A stretch of 64,000 nt of DNA from Kiloniellaceae bacterium (GTDB lineage Bacteria > Pseudomonadota > Alphaproteobacteria > Kiloniellales > J153): assembly GCA_021776135.1 (NCBI GenBank), contig JAJFGL010000012.1, forward strand, positions 23,258 to 87,257, given 5' to 3'. The notes under the pieces were generated by a model. It did not search any database. It was given only the letters and a program-made list of their open reading frames with translations, and was not told the origin of the DNA. The position numbers were made by a program, and so were the translations under genes. Below are positions 10,205-18,547 of this stretch, in pieces (the first letter of the stretch is position 1; each line of letters begins with the position of its first letter).

Positions 10205-12259
10205 ATGGTCCGCGACCCAAGATACGACGTCCTGTTCGAACCGGTCCGGATCGGCCCGGTCACCGCCCGTAACCGCTTTTATCAGGTTCCTCATTGCAAC
10301 GGCATGGGCCACCGGCGGCCCCAGGCCGAGGCCGCCTCGCGCGCGGTTCGGGCGGAGGGCGGCTGGGCCGTCATCTGCACCCAGGAATGCGAAATCCACC
10401 CCAGCGGCGAGGTAACCCCCTCTATCGAAGCGCGGCTGTGGGACGATAAGGACATCCCGGCCCTGGCCCTCATGACCGAGGCGGTTCACCGGCACGGATC
10501 CCTGGCGGCCATCGAACTGGTCCACAACGGTCCTTCCGGGGCCAACCGCTACAGCCGGGAGGTGCCTCTGGGTCCCTCCCACCAACCCGCCGGGCGCTGG
10601 GATCCGGTTCAGGCGCGGGCCATGGATCTGGCCGACATCCGCGCCTACCGGCAATGGCACCGCGACGCGGCCCGGCGCGCCAAGACCGCCGGTTTCGATA
10701 TCGTCTATGTCTATGCCGGGCACGACCTCTCCCTGCCCATGCATTTCCTGCAACGCCGGCGCAACGACCGGAGCGACGAGTACGGCGGCAGCCTGGAAAA
10801 CCGCGCGCGCCTGCTGCGCGAGGTGATCGAGGACACCAAGGCCGAGGTCGGCGCCAGTTGCGCCGTCGCCGTGCGTATCGCGGTCGACGAATTGCTCGGC
10901 GCGGATGGCATCGCCAGCGCGGACGAAGGCCGCGACGTCATAGAAATGCTGGCCGAATTACCCGACCTTTGGGATGTGAACGTCAGCGATTGGGATAACG
11001 ATTCCCTGACCTCGCGCTTCGGCCAGGAAGGCGGGCAGGAACCCTTCACCGCCTTCGTCAAACAAGTCACCAGCAAGCCGGTGGTCGGAGTCGGGCGTTT
11101 CACCTCACCCGACACCATGGTCTCGCAGATCAAACGCGGGGTTCTGGATTTTATCGGCGCGGCGCGGCCCGCCATCGCCGATCCCTTCCTGCCCAAAAAG
11201 ATCGAGGAAGGCCGCCTCGATGATATCCGCGAGTGCATCGGCTGCAATATCTGCGTCACCGGCGACCGCTTCGCCGCCATCAGCCGCTGCACCCAAAACC
11301 CGACCATGGGCGAGGAATGGCGCAAGGGCTGGCACCCCGAGCAAGTGCCGGCGAAAACCAGCGAGGAGTCGATCCTGATTGCCGGCGCCGGTCCCGCCGG
11401 CCTGGAATGCGCCCTGGCCCTGGGTCAAAGAGGATACCAAGTGCATTTGGCCGAGGCCGGCACGGTCTTGGGCGGCCGGGTGGTGCTGGAATCCCGGCTT
11501 CCCGGCCTGGCCGCCTGGATCCGGGTGCGCGACTACCGCCTTCAACAACTGGACAAGATGACCAACGTCGAGATCTATCGCGACAGCCGTCTGACGCCCG
11601 AGCATGTCTTGGAATTCGGCGCCGCCCGGGTCGTCGCCGCCACCGGCGGCACTTGGCGGCGCGACGGTGTTGGGCGGGCTAATTGGCAGGCGGTTCCGGG
11701 CCTGGAGACTTCCCAGGTTTACACGCCCGACGACATCATGGCCGGCGCCATGCCGCGGGGGCCGGTTTTGATCTACGACGACGATCATTACTACATGGGC
11801 GGCGTCCTGGCTGAAAAACTGCGGGCCGGGGGTCTGGAAGTGACCTTGGCGACGCCGGCTCCTTCCGCCTCGGCCTGGTGCGACTACACCCTCGAACTCG
11901 CGCACATCCAAAAGCGGCTTCTGGAGGCGGGAGTGACGATTCTGCCCAACCGCCGCCTTGTAGCTTTGCATGAAGACCGCGCGGACTTGGCTTGCGTTTA
12001 TACCGGGGCGCTCAGCCAGCTGGCCTGCGCCGCGCTCGTTACCGTGACCGCCCGCCTGCCAAACGACGATCTTTACCGGGCGCTAATCGCCCAGGACGAG
12101 GGTCTGAAAGAGGCGGGCATAGAAAGCGTCACCGCCATCGGCGACGCCTTGGCGCCCTCGACCATCGCCGCCGCGGTCTATGCCGGGCACAAGTACGCGC
12201 GGAGCCTGGGAACCGAGCCTGACGGTAAGATCGCCTTTAAACGCGAGTTTCCAGGCTAA
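10205..12259 (+). CDS. trimethylamine/dimethylamine/histamine dehydrogenase-family FMN + 4Fe-4S + ADP-binding oxidoreductase
   Basis: MVRDPRYDVLFEPVRIGPVTARNRFYQVPHCNGMG N-terminus (Cys at the position of the covalent-FMN Cys of TMADH). CIGCNICV...C cluster motif and GAGPAGLE dinucleotide fold. The ORF track starts at GTG 10187. Confidence 0.85.
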   Translation: MVRDPRYDVLFEPVRIGPVTARNRFYQVPHCNGMGHRRPQAEAASRAVRAEGGWAVICTQECEIHPSGEVTPSIEARLWDDKDIPALALMTEAVHRHGSLAAIELVHNGPSGANRYSREVPLGPSHQPAGRWDPVQARAMDLADIRAYRQWHRDAARRAKTAGFDIVYVYAGHDLSLPMHFLQRRRNDRSDEYGGSLENRARLLREVIEDTKAEVGASCAVAVRIAVDELLGADGIASADEGRDVIEMLAELPDLWDVNVSDWDNDSLTSRFGQEGGQEPFTAFVKQVTSKPVVGVGRFTSPDTMVSQIKRGVLDFIGAARPAIADPFLPKKIEEGRLDDIRECIGCNICVTGDRFAAISRCTQNPTMGEEWRKGWHPEQVPAKTSEESILIAGAGPAGLECALALGQRGYQVHLAEAGTVLGGRVVLESRLPGLAAWIRVRDYRLQQLDKMTNVEIYRDSRLTPEHVLEFGAARVVAATGGTWRRDGVGRANWQAVPGLETSQVYTPDDIMAGAMPRGPVLIYDDDHYYMGGVLAEKLRAGGLEVTLATPAPSASAWCDYTLELAHIQKRLLEAGVTILPNRRLVALHEDRADLACVYTGALSQLACAALVTVTARLPNDDLYRALIAQDEGLKEAGIESVTAIGDALAPSTIAAAVYAGHKYARSLGTEPDGKIAFKREFPG

Positions 12260-12425
12260 AGGGCGTCATCCCGGAAAGCGCCGCCAGGCGCTTATCCACG
12301 GGTGTCAGGTTTAAAATTGTGGGCACGTTCCATCGTGTTTATTTTAACTGCGTTCAAGCATTCTTCGGGTATTTGGACAGGGAAACCGCGCGGCCTCGCA
12401 AACCCTGAAAACTTGGCGAAGCTGT

Positions 12426-12529
12426 CACCCCCACCCCAACCCTCCCCCGTCGAAGGGGGAGGGGGTAAGAGGAATAGCACTGTCTTTTTCTCCCTCCCCC
12501 CTTGAGGGGGAGGGTTGGGGGTGGGGGGA
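12426..12529. repeat. pair of G/C-tract hairpins forming a composite inverted repeat between convergent genes
   Basis: cacccccaccccaaccctcccccgtcgaagggggaggggg (12426-12465) and ctccctccccccttgagggggagggttgggggtgggggg (12491-12529). Each is internally palindromic and the two are near reverse complements of each other. Confidence 0.8.
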
Positions 12530-12637
12530 CTTGCGGTGCCGGGAACCCTTTCAGGCGGCTATCGCAAAATTATACCGGACAACAGTGGGCGCTTATCCAG
12601 GATTTTGGGTGCCTGGGGATGATGATTCACCGCTTCT

Positions 12638-13540
12638 CTAAGCGGCACAGACTTTCGAGGCCGTGGCCGGCTGGCGCACCAGGGCGCTATAGGCGTCCGA
12701 GAGGCTTCGCGTGATCGCCCCCGGCGTGAAGCGGTAGTCATCGATGGCTCCCACCGGGGTTACCTCGGCGGCGGTGCCGGTCAGGAAGACCTCGCTGGTC
12801 TTGGCGAAGTCCTCGGGCATGATGACCCGCTCTATCACCTCGAACCCCCGCTCGCGCGCCAGCTCGATGACCGTGCGCCGGGTGATCCCGTCCAGGAAGC
12901 AATCGGGGACCGGGGTATGCAGCCTGCCGTCCTGGACCAGGAAGATGTTGGCGCCGGTCGCCTCGGACACCTGGCCGCGATGGTCGAGCATCAGGCAGTC
13001 GTGATAGCCCTGATCCTCCGCCAGGTGCTTGGACATGGTGCAGATCATATAGAGGCCGGCGGCCTTGGCATGAACCGGCGCTGAATTCGCCGGCGGGCGG
13101 CGCCAGGGCGAGGTCATCAGGCGGATGCCCTTGGCGCGCAACTCCGGGTCGAAATAGCTGGGCCATTCCCAGGCCGCGACGACCACATTGATCCGGGTCG
13201 CCTGGGCGGAAATTCCCATCATCTCGCTGCCGCGCCAGGCAACCGGGCGGACATAGGCGTCGGTCAGATTATTCACCCGCAGCACCTCTTCGGCGGCGGC
13301 ATCGATTTCAGGCACCGTATAGGGCAGCTCGAAGCCCAGAATCTCGCCCGAACGGCGCAAGCGCTCGTGATGTTCGCTCATCTTGAAGATGGCGCCATTG
13401 TAGGCGCGCTCACCCTCGAATACGCTGCTGCCGTAGTGCAAGGCATGGCTTAGGATGTGCAGCTTGGCCTCGCGCCAGGGCACCAACGCTCCGTTGTACC
13501 AAATGAGTCCATCGCGGTCGTCGAAGGGAATTAGGGACAT
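12638..13540 (-). CDS. ilvE: branched-chain amino acid aminotransferase
   Basis: 300 aa; IWYNGALVPWREAKLHILSHALHYGSSVFEGERAY typical of class IV aminotransferase. Confidence 0.93.
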   Translation of the reverse strand: MSLIPFDDRDGLIWYNGALVPWREAKLHILSHALHYGSSVFEGERAYNGAIFKMSEHHERLRRSGEILGFELPYTVPEIDAAAEEVLRVNNLTDAYVRPVAWRGSEMMGISAQATRINVVVAAWEWPSYFDPELRAKGIRLMTSPWRRPPANSAPVHAKAAGLYMICTMSKHLAEDQGYHDCLMLDHRGQVSEATGANIFLVQDGRLHTPVPDCFLDGITRRTVIELARERGFEVIERVIMPEDFAKTSEVFLTGTAAEVTPVGAIDDYRFTPGAITRSLSDAYSALVRQPATASKVCAA

Positions 13541-13677
13541 GGCTGCCTCGCCTCGTTCGTTCAGCCCGCTCGATTTGAGCCTGGGGCCGGTTAGCAGTCT
13601 AAAGTTCTCGTCCAGGCCCCCCGGCTATCGCGGAGTCAAACGCCTGAACTGGACAAATCGTGCCGGAAAACGCTTGT

Positions 13678-13711
13678 TTGGATCATATTCGGCATGATCT
13701 CAATGATCCAA
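13678..13711. promoter_or_regulatory. candidate operator: 9-bp perfect inverted repeat ttggatcat-N16-atgatccaa in the ilvE/marR divergent region
   Basis: Read directly: ttggatcat at 13678-13686 and atgatccaa at 13703-13711, in an AT-rich spacer ~60 bp upstream of the MarR gene. Confidence 0.3.
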
Positions 13712-13768
13712 GCTAACACTATTACGCAATATAAGTCAACAGTACTGTCATAAAAAACGGAAGCCGCC

Positions 13769-14260
13769 ATGTCTGACCTGAAATCGGGCCCTAACCCCTT
13801 GTTCCTGCGCGAGGAGGAACTGCGCCAAGCGATCGAGCTGCTCTATTTCGCCTATCGCGGTTTTACCGCCGAGCCGGATCAAATCCTATCCGACTACGGC
13901 TTTGGCCGGGCCCACCACCGGGTAATCTATTTCGTCGGCCGCCACCCGGGGATTACGGTCAGCGAGCTTTTGCGAATTCTGGGAATCACCAAGCAAAGCC
14001 TGTCCCGGGTTCTGGGGCAACTGGTCCAGGAGGGTTTCATCCGGCAGACCATGGGCACACGCGACCGGCGCCAACGCTTGCTGGAATTGGCCGAAAAAGG
14101 GCGGGCCCTGGAAAAAGCCCTGACCGATACCCAAAGGGTCCGCTTGGCCCAGGCCTTCCGCGAATCGGGGGCCGAAGCGGTCGAAGGCTTTCGTGCCGTC
14201 CTCTATAACCTGACCGACGAAGTTTATCGCCGGCGTTTCGATGCCCATGGAACATCCTAG
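13769..14260 (+). CDS. MarR family transcriptional regulator
   Basis: 163 aa; winged-helix region ITVSELLRILGITKQSLSRVLGQLVQEGFI...DRRQRLLELAEKG. Confidence 0.85.
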   Translation: MSDLKSGPNPLFLREEELRQAIELLYFAYRGFTAEPDQILSDYGFGRAHHRVIYFVGRHPGITVSELLRILGITKQSLSRVLGQLVQEGFIRQTMGTRDRRQRLLELAEKGRALEKALTDTQRVRLAQAFRESGAEAVEGFRAVLYNLTDEVYRRRFDAHGTS

Positions 14261-14285
14261 AGCGGGTGCTCTATACTCCACGGCC

Positions 14286-14984
14286 ATGGCCCTAGACGCC
14301 CCCCATATCCTCGTTGTTGACGACGACACGCGCCTGCGGGCCTTGCTGCGGAAATTCCTGGCCGAGCAGGGGTTTTGCGTGACCGATGCGACCGACACGG
14401 CGGATGCCCGAAACAAGATGGTGTCCTTGGCCTTCGACCTCATGGTGCTCGACGTCATGATGCCGGGGGAGAACGGCTTGGATTTGATCCGCTCGCTGCG
14501 CCCTGGCAACAATGTTCCGGTGCTGTTGCTAACGGCGCGCGGCGAATCTGAAGACCGGATAGCGGGCCTGGAAAGCGGCGCCGACGATTACCTCGCCAAG
14601 CCCTTCGAGCCGCGCGAGCTGGTCCTGCGTATCAACGCCATCCTGCGCCGCACCCAGGAACCGGAAGCAGACCTGGAAGGGCCCCCGGACGGCATCGTAC
14701 GCTTTGGCGATTTCAGTTTCGATCTGGTCCGCGAGGAATTGCACAAGGCCGGGTGCTACGTACGTCTCACCGCCGCCGAATCCTCGCTTCTCAAGACGCT
14801 CGCCCGGCGCCCGGGAAAAGCCATGGACCGCGACGCCTTGAGCGCCGAAAGCCCGGTGATAGGCTGCGGCCGGGCCATAGACGTGCAGGTGACGCGGCTT
14901 CGCCGTAAGATCGAGGAGAATCCGAAGTTTCCACGCTATCTTCGCGCCGTGCGCGGGGTGGGTTACTCCTTTGTACCCGATTAA
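14286..14984 (+). CDS. OmpR-family response regulator
   Basis: ATG 14286 (ILVVDDD receiver start). DVMMPG phospho-acceptor region and a C-terminal winged-helix ending VRGVGYSF. Confidence 0.9.
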   Translation: MALDAPHILVVDDDTRLRALLRKFLAEQGFCVTDATDTADARNKMVSLAFDLMVLDVMMPGENGLDLIRSLRPGNNVPVLLLTARGESEDRIAGLESGADDYLAKPFEPRELVLRINAILRRTQEPEADLEGPPDGIVRFGDFSFDLVREELHKAGCYVRLTAAESSLLKTLARRPGKAMDRDALSAESPVIGCGRAIDVQVTRLRRKIEENPKFPRYLRAVRGVGYSFVPD

Positions 14985-14987
14985 ACC

Positions 14988-15178
14988 AGGGCCTGTTGAC
15001 ACTTAGGATGCCGCCGCGGTTGAGCCAGAATGACGCGAGGTTAGGAGCGAGGACGCAGGACATGCTGAGCATATTCAAGGACGAGCGACGCGGCCTCGCG
15101 TCATTCTGGCCCAATCCCGCTGGGACGGGTCGTCTTATCCCACCCGCCTCGGCGGCATCCTAAGTGTCAACAGGCCCT
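14988..15178. mobile_element. MITE-like element, family A, full copy (191 bp) inserted between response-regulator and kinase genes
   Basis: 29-bp perfect terminal inverted repeats agggcctgttgacacttaggatgccgccg (14988-15016 / 15150-15178). Internal 17-bp inverted repeat gccagaatgacgcgagg / cctcgcgtcattctggc. No ORF. Confidence 0.8.
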
Positions 15179-15202
15179 AGCACCAGTTTCACGCCGCCGG
15201 GA

Positions 15203-16573
15203 ATGAACGCATCCGCCATGGCGACCTTAACCGCGCCGAGTCAACCGGCCTCGTTTCTCAAGCGGATCCTGCCGCGCACCTTGCTTGGGCGGGCGCTGCT
15301 GATCATCTTGTCTCCCTTGGTTCTGCTACAGGTTATTTCGACCTGGGTCTTTTACGACCGGCACTACGACACCACGACCAAGCGTCTAAGCCAGGCCTTG
15401 GCCGGGGAAATCGCCACCGTGATACAAATGATGGTGCGCGATCCTGGATCGGTCGAGCGCCTGCAGATTTTCCGCATGGCGCAGCAATCCATGTTTCTGA
15501 ACCTCAAGCTCGAGGAAGGCGAGCGTTTGGCCGTTATCTCAAGCGGCGAATCGCTTAATCCCTTCACCAGCGTCCTCGAACGTAAACTGACCACAGCCTT
15601 AACGACCTACGTGGCCCGGCCGTTTCTGATCGACACGCAGTTCGCTCGGAAACAGGTAAGTATTCAGGTTCAATTGGCGGATGGCGTGCTTCATATCGTG
15701 GTCCCCCGGGACCGGCTGTTTAGCTCCACGACCTATATTTTCATTATGTGGATGGTCGGCAGCTCGATCGTTCTATTCGGGGTCGCGGTCGTGTTCATGC
15801 GCAACCAGGTAAAACCCATACGCCGCTTGGCCCAGGCGGCGGAACGCTTCGGAAAGGGCCGCGATGTCGCCAACTTCAAACCCGAAGGCGCGACCGAGGT
15901 CCGCCAAGCCGCCGCCGCCTTCTTGCAGATGCGCCACCGGATCAAGCGCCAGATCGAACAGCGCACGGAATTTCTGGCCGGCGTCAGTCACGATCTGCGA
16001 ACCCCGCTAACGCGTATGAAGCTGCAACTGGCCATGCTTCCAGGTAGCGCTGAATCGGAAAGTCTTCAGGCCGACGTGAGCGAGATGGAAGCCATGGTCG
16101 AGGGTTATCTGGCCTTCGCGCGCGGCGAGGGCGCCGAAAAGCCGGTACAGACGGAAGTATCACATCTCTTGAGCGAGGTGGTCGGACGCATGCGCGGTCA
16201 AACGGTGGCGATCGACTTGCATATCGAAGAGGATCTGAAGGTTCCCTTGCGGCGCGAGGGCATGCGGCGTTGCCTAACCAACCTGATCGCCAACGCGCAG
16301 CGGTACGCGACCCAAGTGACCGTCAGCGCGGGACGGCGAGGCCATACGCTCGAGGTGCTGATCGACGACGACGGCCCTGGGATTCCGCCGGACAAGCGCG
16401 AGGAAGTATTCCGGCCGTTTTACCGCCTCGACCCATCGCGCAATCCGGAAACCGGCGGCGTCGGGCTGGGCCTGACCATCGCGCGCGACGTGGTGCACAA
16501 TCATGGTGGCGAGTTGACCCTGGAAGACGCGCCCGGCGGGGGCTTACGCGCCCGTATTTGGCTACCCGTCTAA
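15203..16573 (+). CDS. EnvZ-like sensor histidine kinase
   Basis: Two TM segments, HAMP, H-box FLAGVSHDLRTPLT, and N/G boxes (NLIANAQRYA, DDDGPGIP, GGVGLGLTIA). The ORF-track start at 15164 lies inside the MITE repeat, so ATG 15203 (or 15218) is preferred. Confidence 0.9.
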   Translation: MNASAMATLTAPSQPASFLKRILPRTLLGRALLIILSPLVLLQVISTWVFYDRHYDTTTKRLSQALAGEIATVIQMMVRDPGSVERLQIFRMAQQSMFLNLKLEEGERLAVISSGESLNPFTSVLERKLTTALTTYVARPFLIDTQFARKQVSIQVQLADGVLHIVVPRDRLFSSTTYIFIMWMVGSSIVLFGVAVVFMRNQVKPIRRLAQAAERFGKGRDVANFKPEGATEVRQAAAAFLQMRHRIKRQIEQRTEFLAGVSHDLRTPLTRMKLQLAMLPGSAESESLQADVSEMEAMVEGYLAFARGEGAEKPVQTEVSHLLSEVVGRMRGQTVAIDLHIEEDLKVPLRREGMRRCLTNLIANAQRYATQVTVSAGRRGHTLEVLIDDDGPGIPPDKREEVFRPFYRLDPSRNPETGGVGLGLTIARDVVHNHGGELTLEDAPGGGLRARIWLPV

Positions 16574-16587
16574 ACCGGCTGGCCCGC

Positions 16588-16938
16588 CTAAAACAGACGG
16601 CCGCCGTTCGGGACGCTCTTGTCCGGGGTGAGCAGCACGACCGACCCTTGCGCATCGGGGAAACCGAGCACGAGAATCTCGGACATGAACTTGCCGATTT
16701 GCTTGGCCGGGAAATTGACCACCGCGGCGACCTGACGGCCAGGCAGGCTTTCGGGCGTATAGTGCGCCGTTAGCTGCGCCGAGGTCTTGCGCACACCGAG
16801 ATCATCGCCGAAATCGACCCAAATCTTGATCGCCGGCTTGCGCGCTTGAGGATAAGGCTCGGCGCGCACCACCGTTCCCGCGCGTACGTCGAGCTTCAAA
16901 AAATCGTCGAATCCGATCGTTTCGCCCGGCCCGCTCAT
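16588..16938 (-). CDS. csaA: tRNA-binding domain chaperone CsaA
   Basis: ATG 16938; FLKLDVRAGTVVRAEPYPQARKPAIKIWVDFG...GFMSEILVLG pattern. Confidence 0.75.
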   Translation of the reverse strand: MSGPGETIGFDDFLKLDVRAGTVVRAEPYPQARKPAIKIWVDFGDDLGVRKTSAQLTAHYTPESLPGRQVAAVVNFPAKQIGKFMSEILVLGFPDAQGSVVLLTPDKSVPNGGRLF

Positions 16939-17048
16939 CGCCGCCCCCCGAATTTCCGGGGCAAGGCTATCACCGGCTAAAAATGCGGACAAGAAAAAGG
17001 GGCCGCCCTGGAAGGCGGCCCCCTGTAACCATAACTTAGGTATCAAAG

Positions 17049-17537
17049 TTACTTGGTGGCGGTGGCCGGAACCACGGCGCTGTTGGCTTTCGTCATGGCG
17101 CCCGTCAGCTCATCCAAGCTGGCAGTGAAACGATCGGCAAGAACCTCGGTCGCCTTGGCGTTCGACTTGCTGCTCATCTCGGCCAGCTCGCGCGCGCTGT
17201 TCAGAGACAGCTCATAGGCTTCCTTGACCAGGGCGGTCTGGGTGGCGAGCTTCTCGGCCGGCTGACCGGGCTTGGACATTTCGCTCACGACCTTGGTGGT
17301 CTCTTCCATCACCTTGCGCATGATTTCGCTCTGACGCTGGAAGATGGCTTGGAAGCCCTCCAGAGCGAGCTTGTTGGCGGCGGTCACCGCCTCGACGTTC
17401 TTGCGCTGGCTCTCCATCAGAGCCTTCGAGTCGACGCCGGGCATCTTGAACTGCTCCGCCATCTTGCTGAAATCCATCAACTCACCGAAGTTCCCGTCGA
17501 GAAAGGGGTTTCCGGTCTTTACCTGTGCTTTGGCCAT
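17049..17537 (-). CDS. phaP: phasin family protein (PHA granule-associated)
   Basis: ATG 17537; 162 aa, helical, MAKAQVKTGNPFLDGNFGELMDFSKMAEQFKMPGVD...NVEAVTAANKLALEGFQ. Confidence 0.85.
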   Translation of the reverse strand: MAKAQVKTGNPFLDGNFGELMDFSKMAEQFKMPGVDSKALMESQRKNVEAVTAANKLALEGFQAIFQRQSEIMRKVMEETTKVVSEMSKPGQPAEKLATQTALVKEAYELSLNSARELAEMSSKSNAKATEVLADRFTASLDELTGAMTKANSAVVPATATK

Positions 17538-17649
17538 CGATCTTCTCCTGTTGGGTGGCTGCACTCACGATTGCTGCAGCGCACAAATTTGATATGACAC
17601 TTATATGCGCTTCCGATCTCGAAGGTCAAGAGTTTTTTTGTGCACTGCA

Positions 17650-17660
17650 CCATAAATTAA
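17650..17660. promoter_or_regulatory. palindrome GTGCAcTGCAC (TGC-N3-GCA) ~113 bp upstream of the phasin gene; possible PhaR-type operator
   Basis: Read directly in the AT-rich phasin leader region. Functional assignment is inference only. Confidence 0.2.
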
Positions 17661-17822
17661 CCATAACCCGGAATTTAGGCTTTTCAGGCGCGCCGAAAAA
17701 CCCTGGCAGCCACCATTCGCATCCAGGTTTTAGTTATTGTTGAATAAATCCAATGAGTTATTTTTTGCCGCCGAAAGGGCGCCGCAAGAAAATCCAGGCG
17801 GCGGCACTTCGGGCATATGTCC

Positions 17823-18470
17823 CTAGGCTGCCGCCGGGGCCTCTTTATCGTGTTTATGCCGCAACTGCGAACACCTCGCGGCCAGCCATTCCGCCCGGCG
17901 CAGATGCCGGTCCAGGCTGGCCATGGTCCGGCTCAGGTCGGGGCTCTCGTCGCGCAACCACACGCGCAGGGTGGCTAGGTATATGGCGCTCAAGGCCTTG
18001 ATCCGCACGATCCCACGCAAACCGCTGGCCGACAGCTCCGCCGCTTCCAGCATACAAGCCATGGACCGCGCCAGGGAGACCAGGCCACAGAGGCCCATGA
18101 CCGGATCGCGGGCCTGGCCGCAAACGATGCTCCCGACCCCCGCCTTGGCCGGCGCCAGGGCGTCGAAGCGGCGCATAATGACGTTGAACAGGCGGTCGCG
18201 GGCGCTGCCGCCCCGATCTTCCTGTTCCTGCCCGGCCAGAACCGCCCGGTCGATTCGCCGCGCGAAACCGGTCAGAACCGCGCCCTTCGAGGGGTAAATG
18301 TCATAGGCATCCGCTAGGGACAGGCCCGCCGCCTCGGCGATCTCGGCCAGGGAGATATCGCGCCATGCCTTGTCCGCGGCCAGCACCAAGGCCGCATCGA
18401 CAATCCGCTCGGCGGCATCGCCCTTGGGCGCCGCCTTACTGGTCTTCATTTTCGCCGTCTTACCCGCCAT
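17823..18470 (-). CDS. TetR/AcrR family transcriptional regulator
   Basis: 215 aa; N-terminal HTH WRDISLAEIAEAAGLSLADAYDIYPSK. Confidence 0.8.
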   Translation of the reverse strand: MAGKTAKMKTSKAAPKGDAAERIVDAALVLAADKAWRDISLAEIAEAAGLSLADAYDIYPSKGAVLTGFARRIDRAVLAGQEQEDRGGSARDRLFNVIMRRFDALAPAKAGVGSIVCGQARDPVMGLCGLVSLARSMACMLEAAELSASGLRGIVRIKALSAIYLATLRVWLRDESPDLSRTMASLDRHLRRAEWLAARCSQLRHKHDKEAPAAA

Positions 18471-18547
18471 GGCCGCCTCCCATGTAAACCCTTAGTATAG
18501 ATGTGGGGCGCGTGGAACGCTATTGAAGCCCCCCGAACGCCTTTCGC

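Noticed and set aside
15164-15202. ORF-track N-termini beginning MSTGP... at 15164 and 22547
   Set aside because: Both start at non-ATG codons inside the family-A terminal repeat (gtcaacaggccctag). They are artefacts of the repeat, and the true starts lie downstream (15203) or do not exist (22547).
17760-17805. Hairpin gccgccgaaagggcgccgc...ggcggcggc as a terminator for the TetR gene
   Set aside because: On the minus (coding) strand the stem is followed by an A-run, not a U-run, and the stem is short. It is not convincing as a rho-independent terminator.
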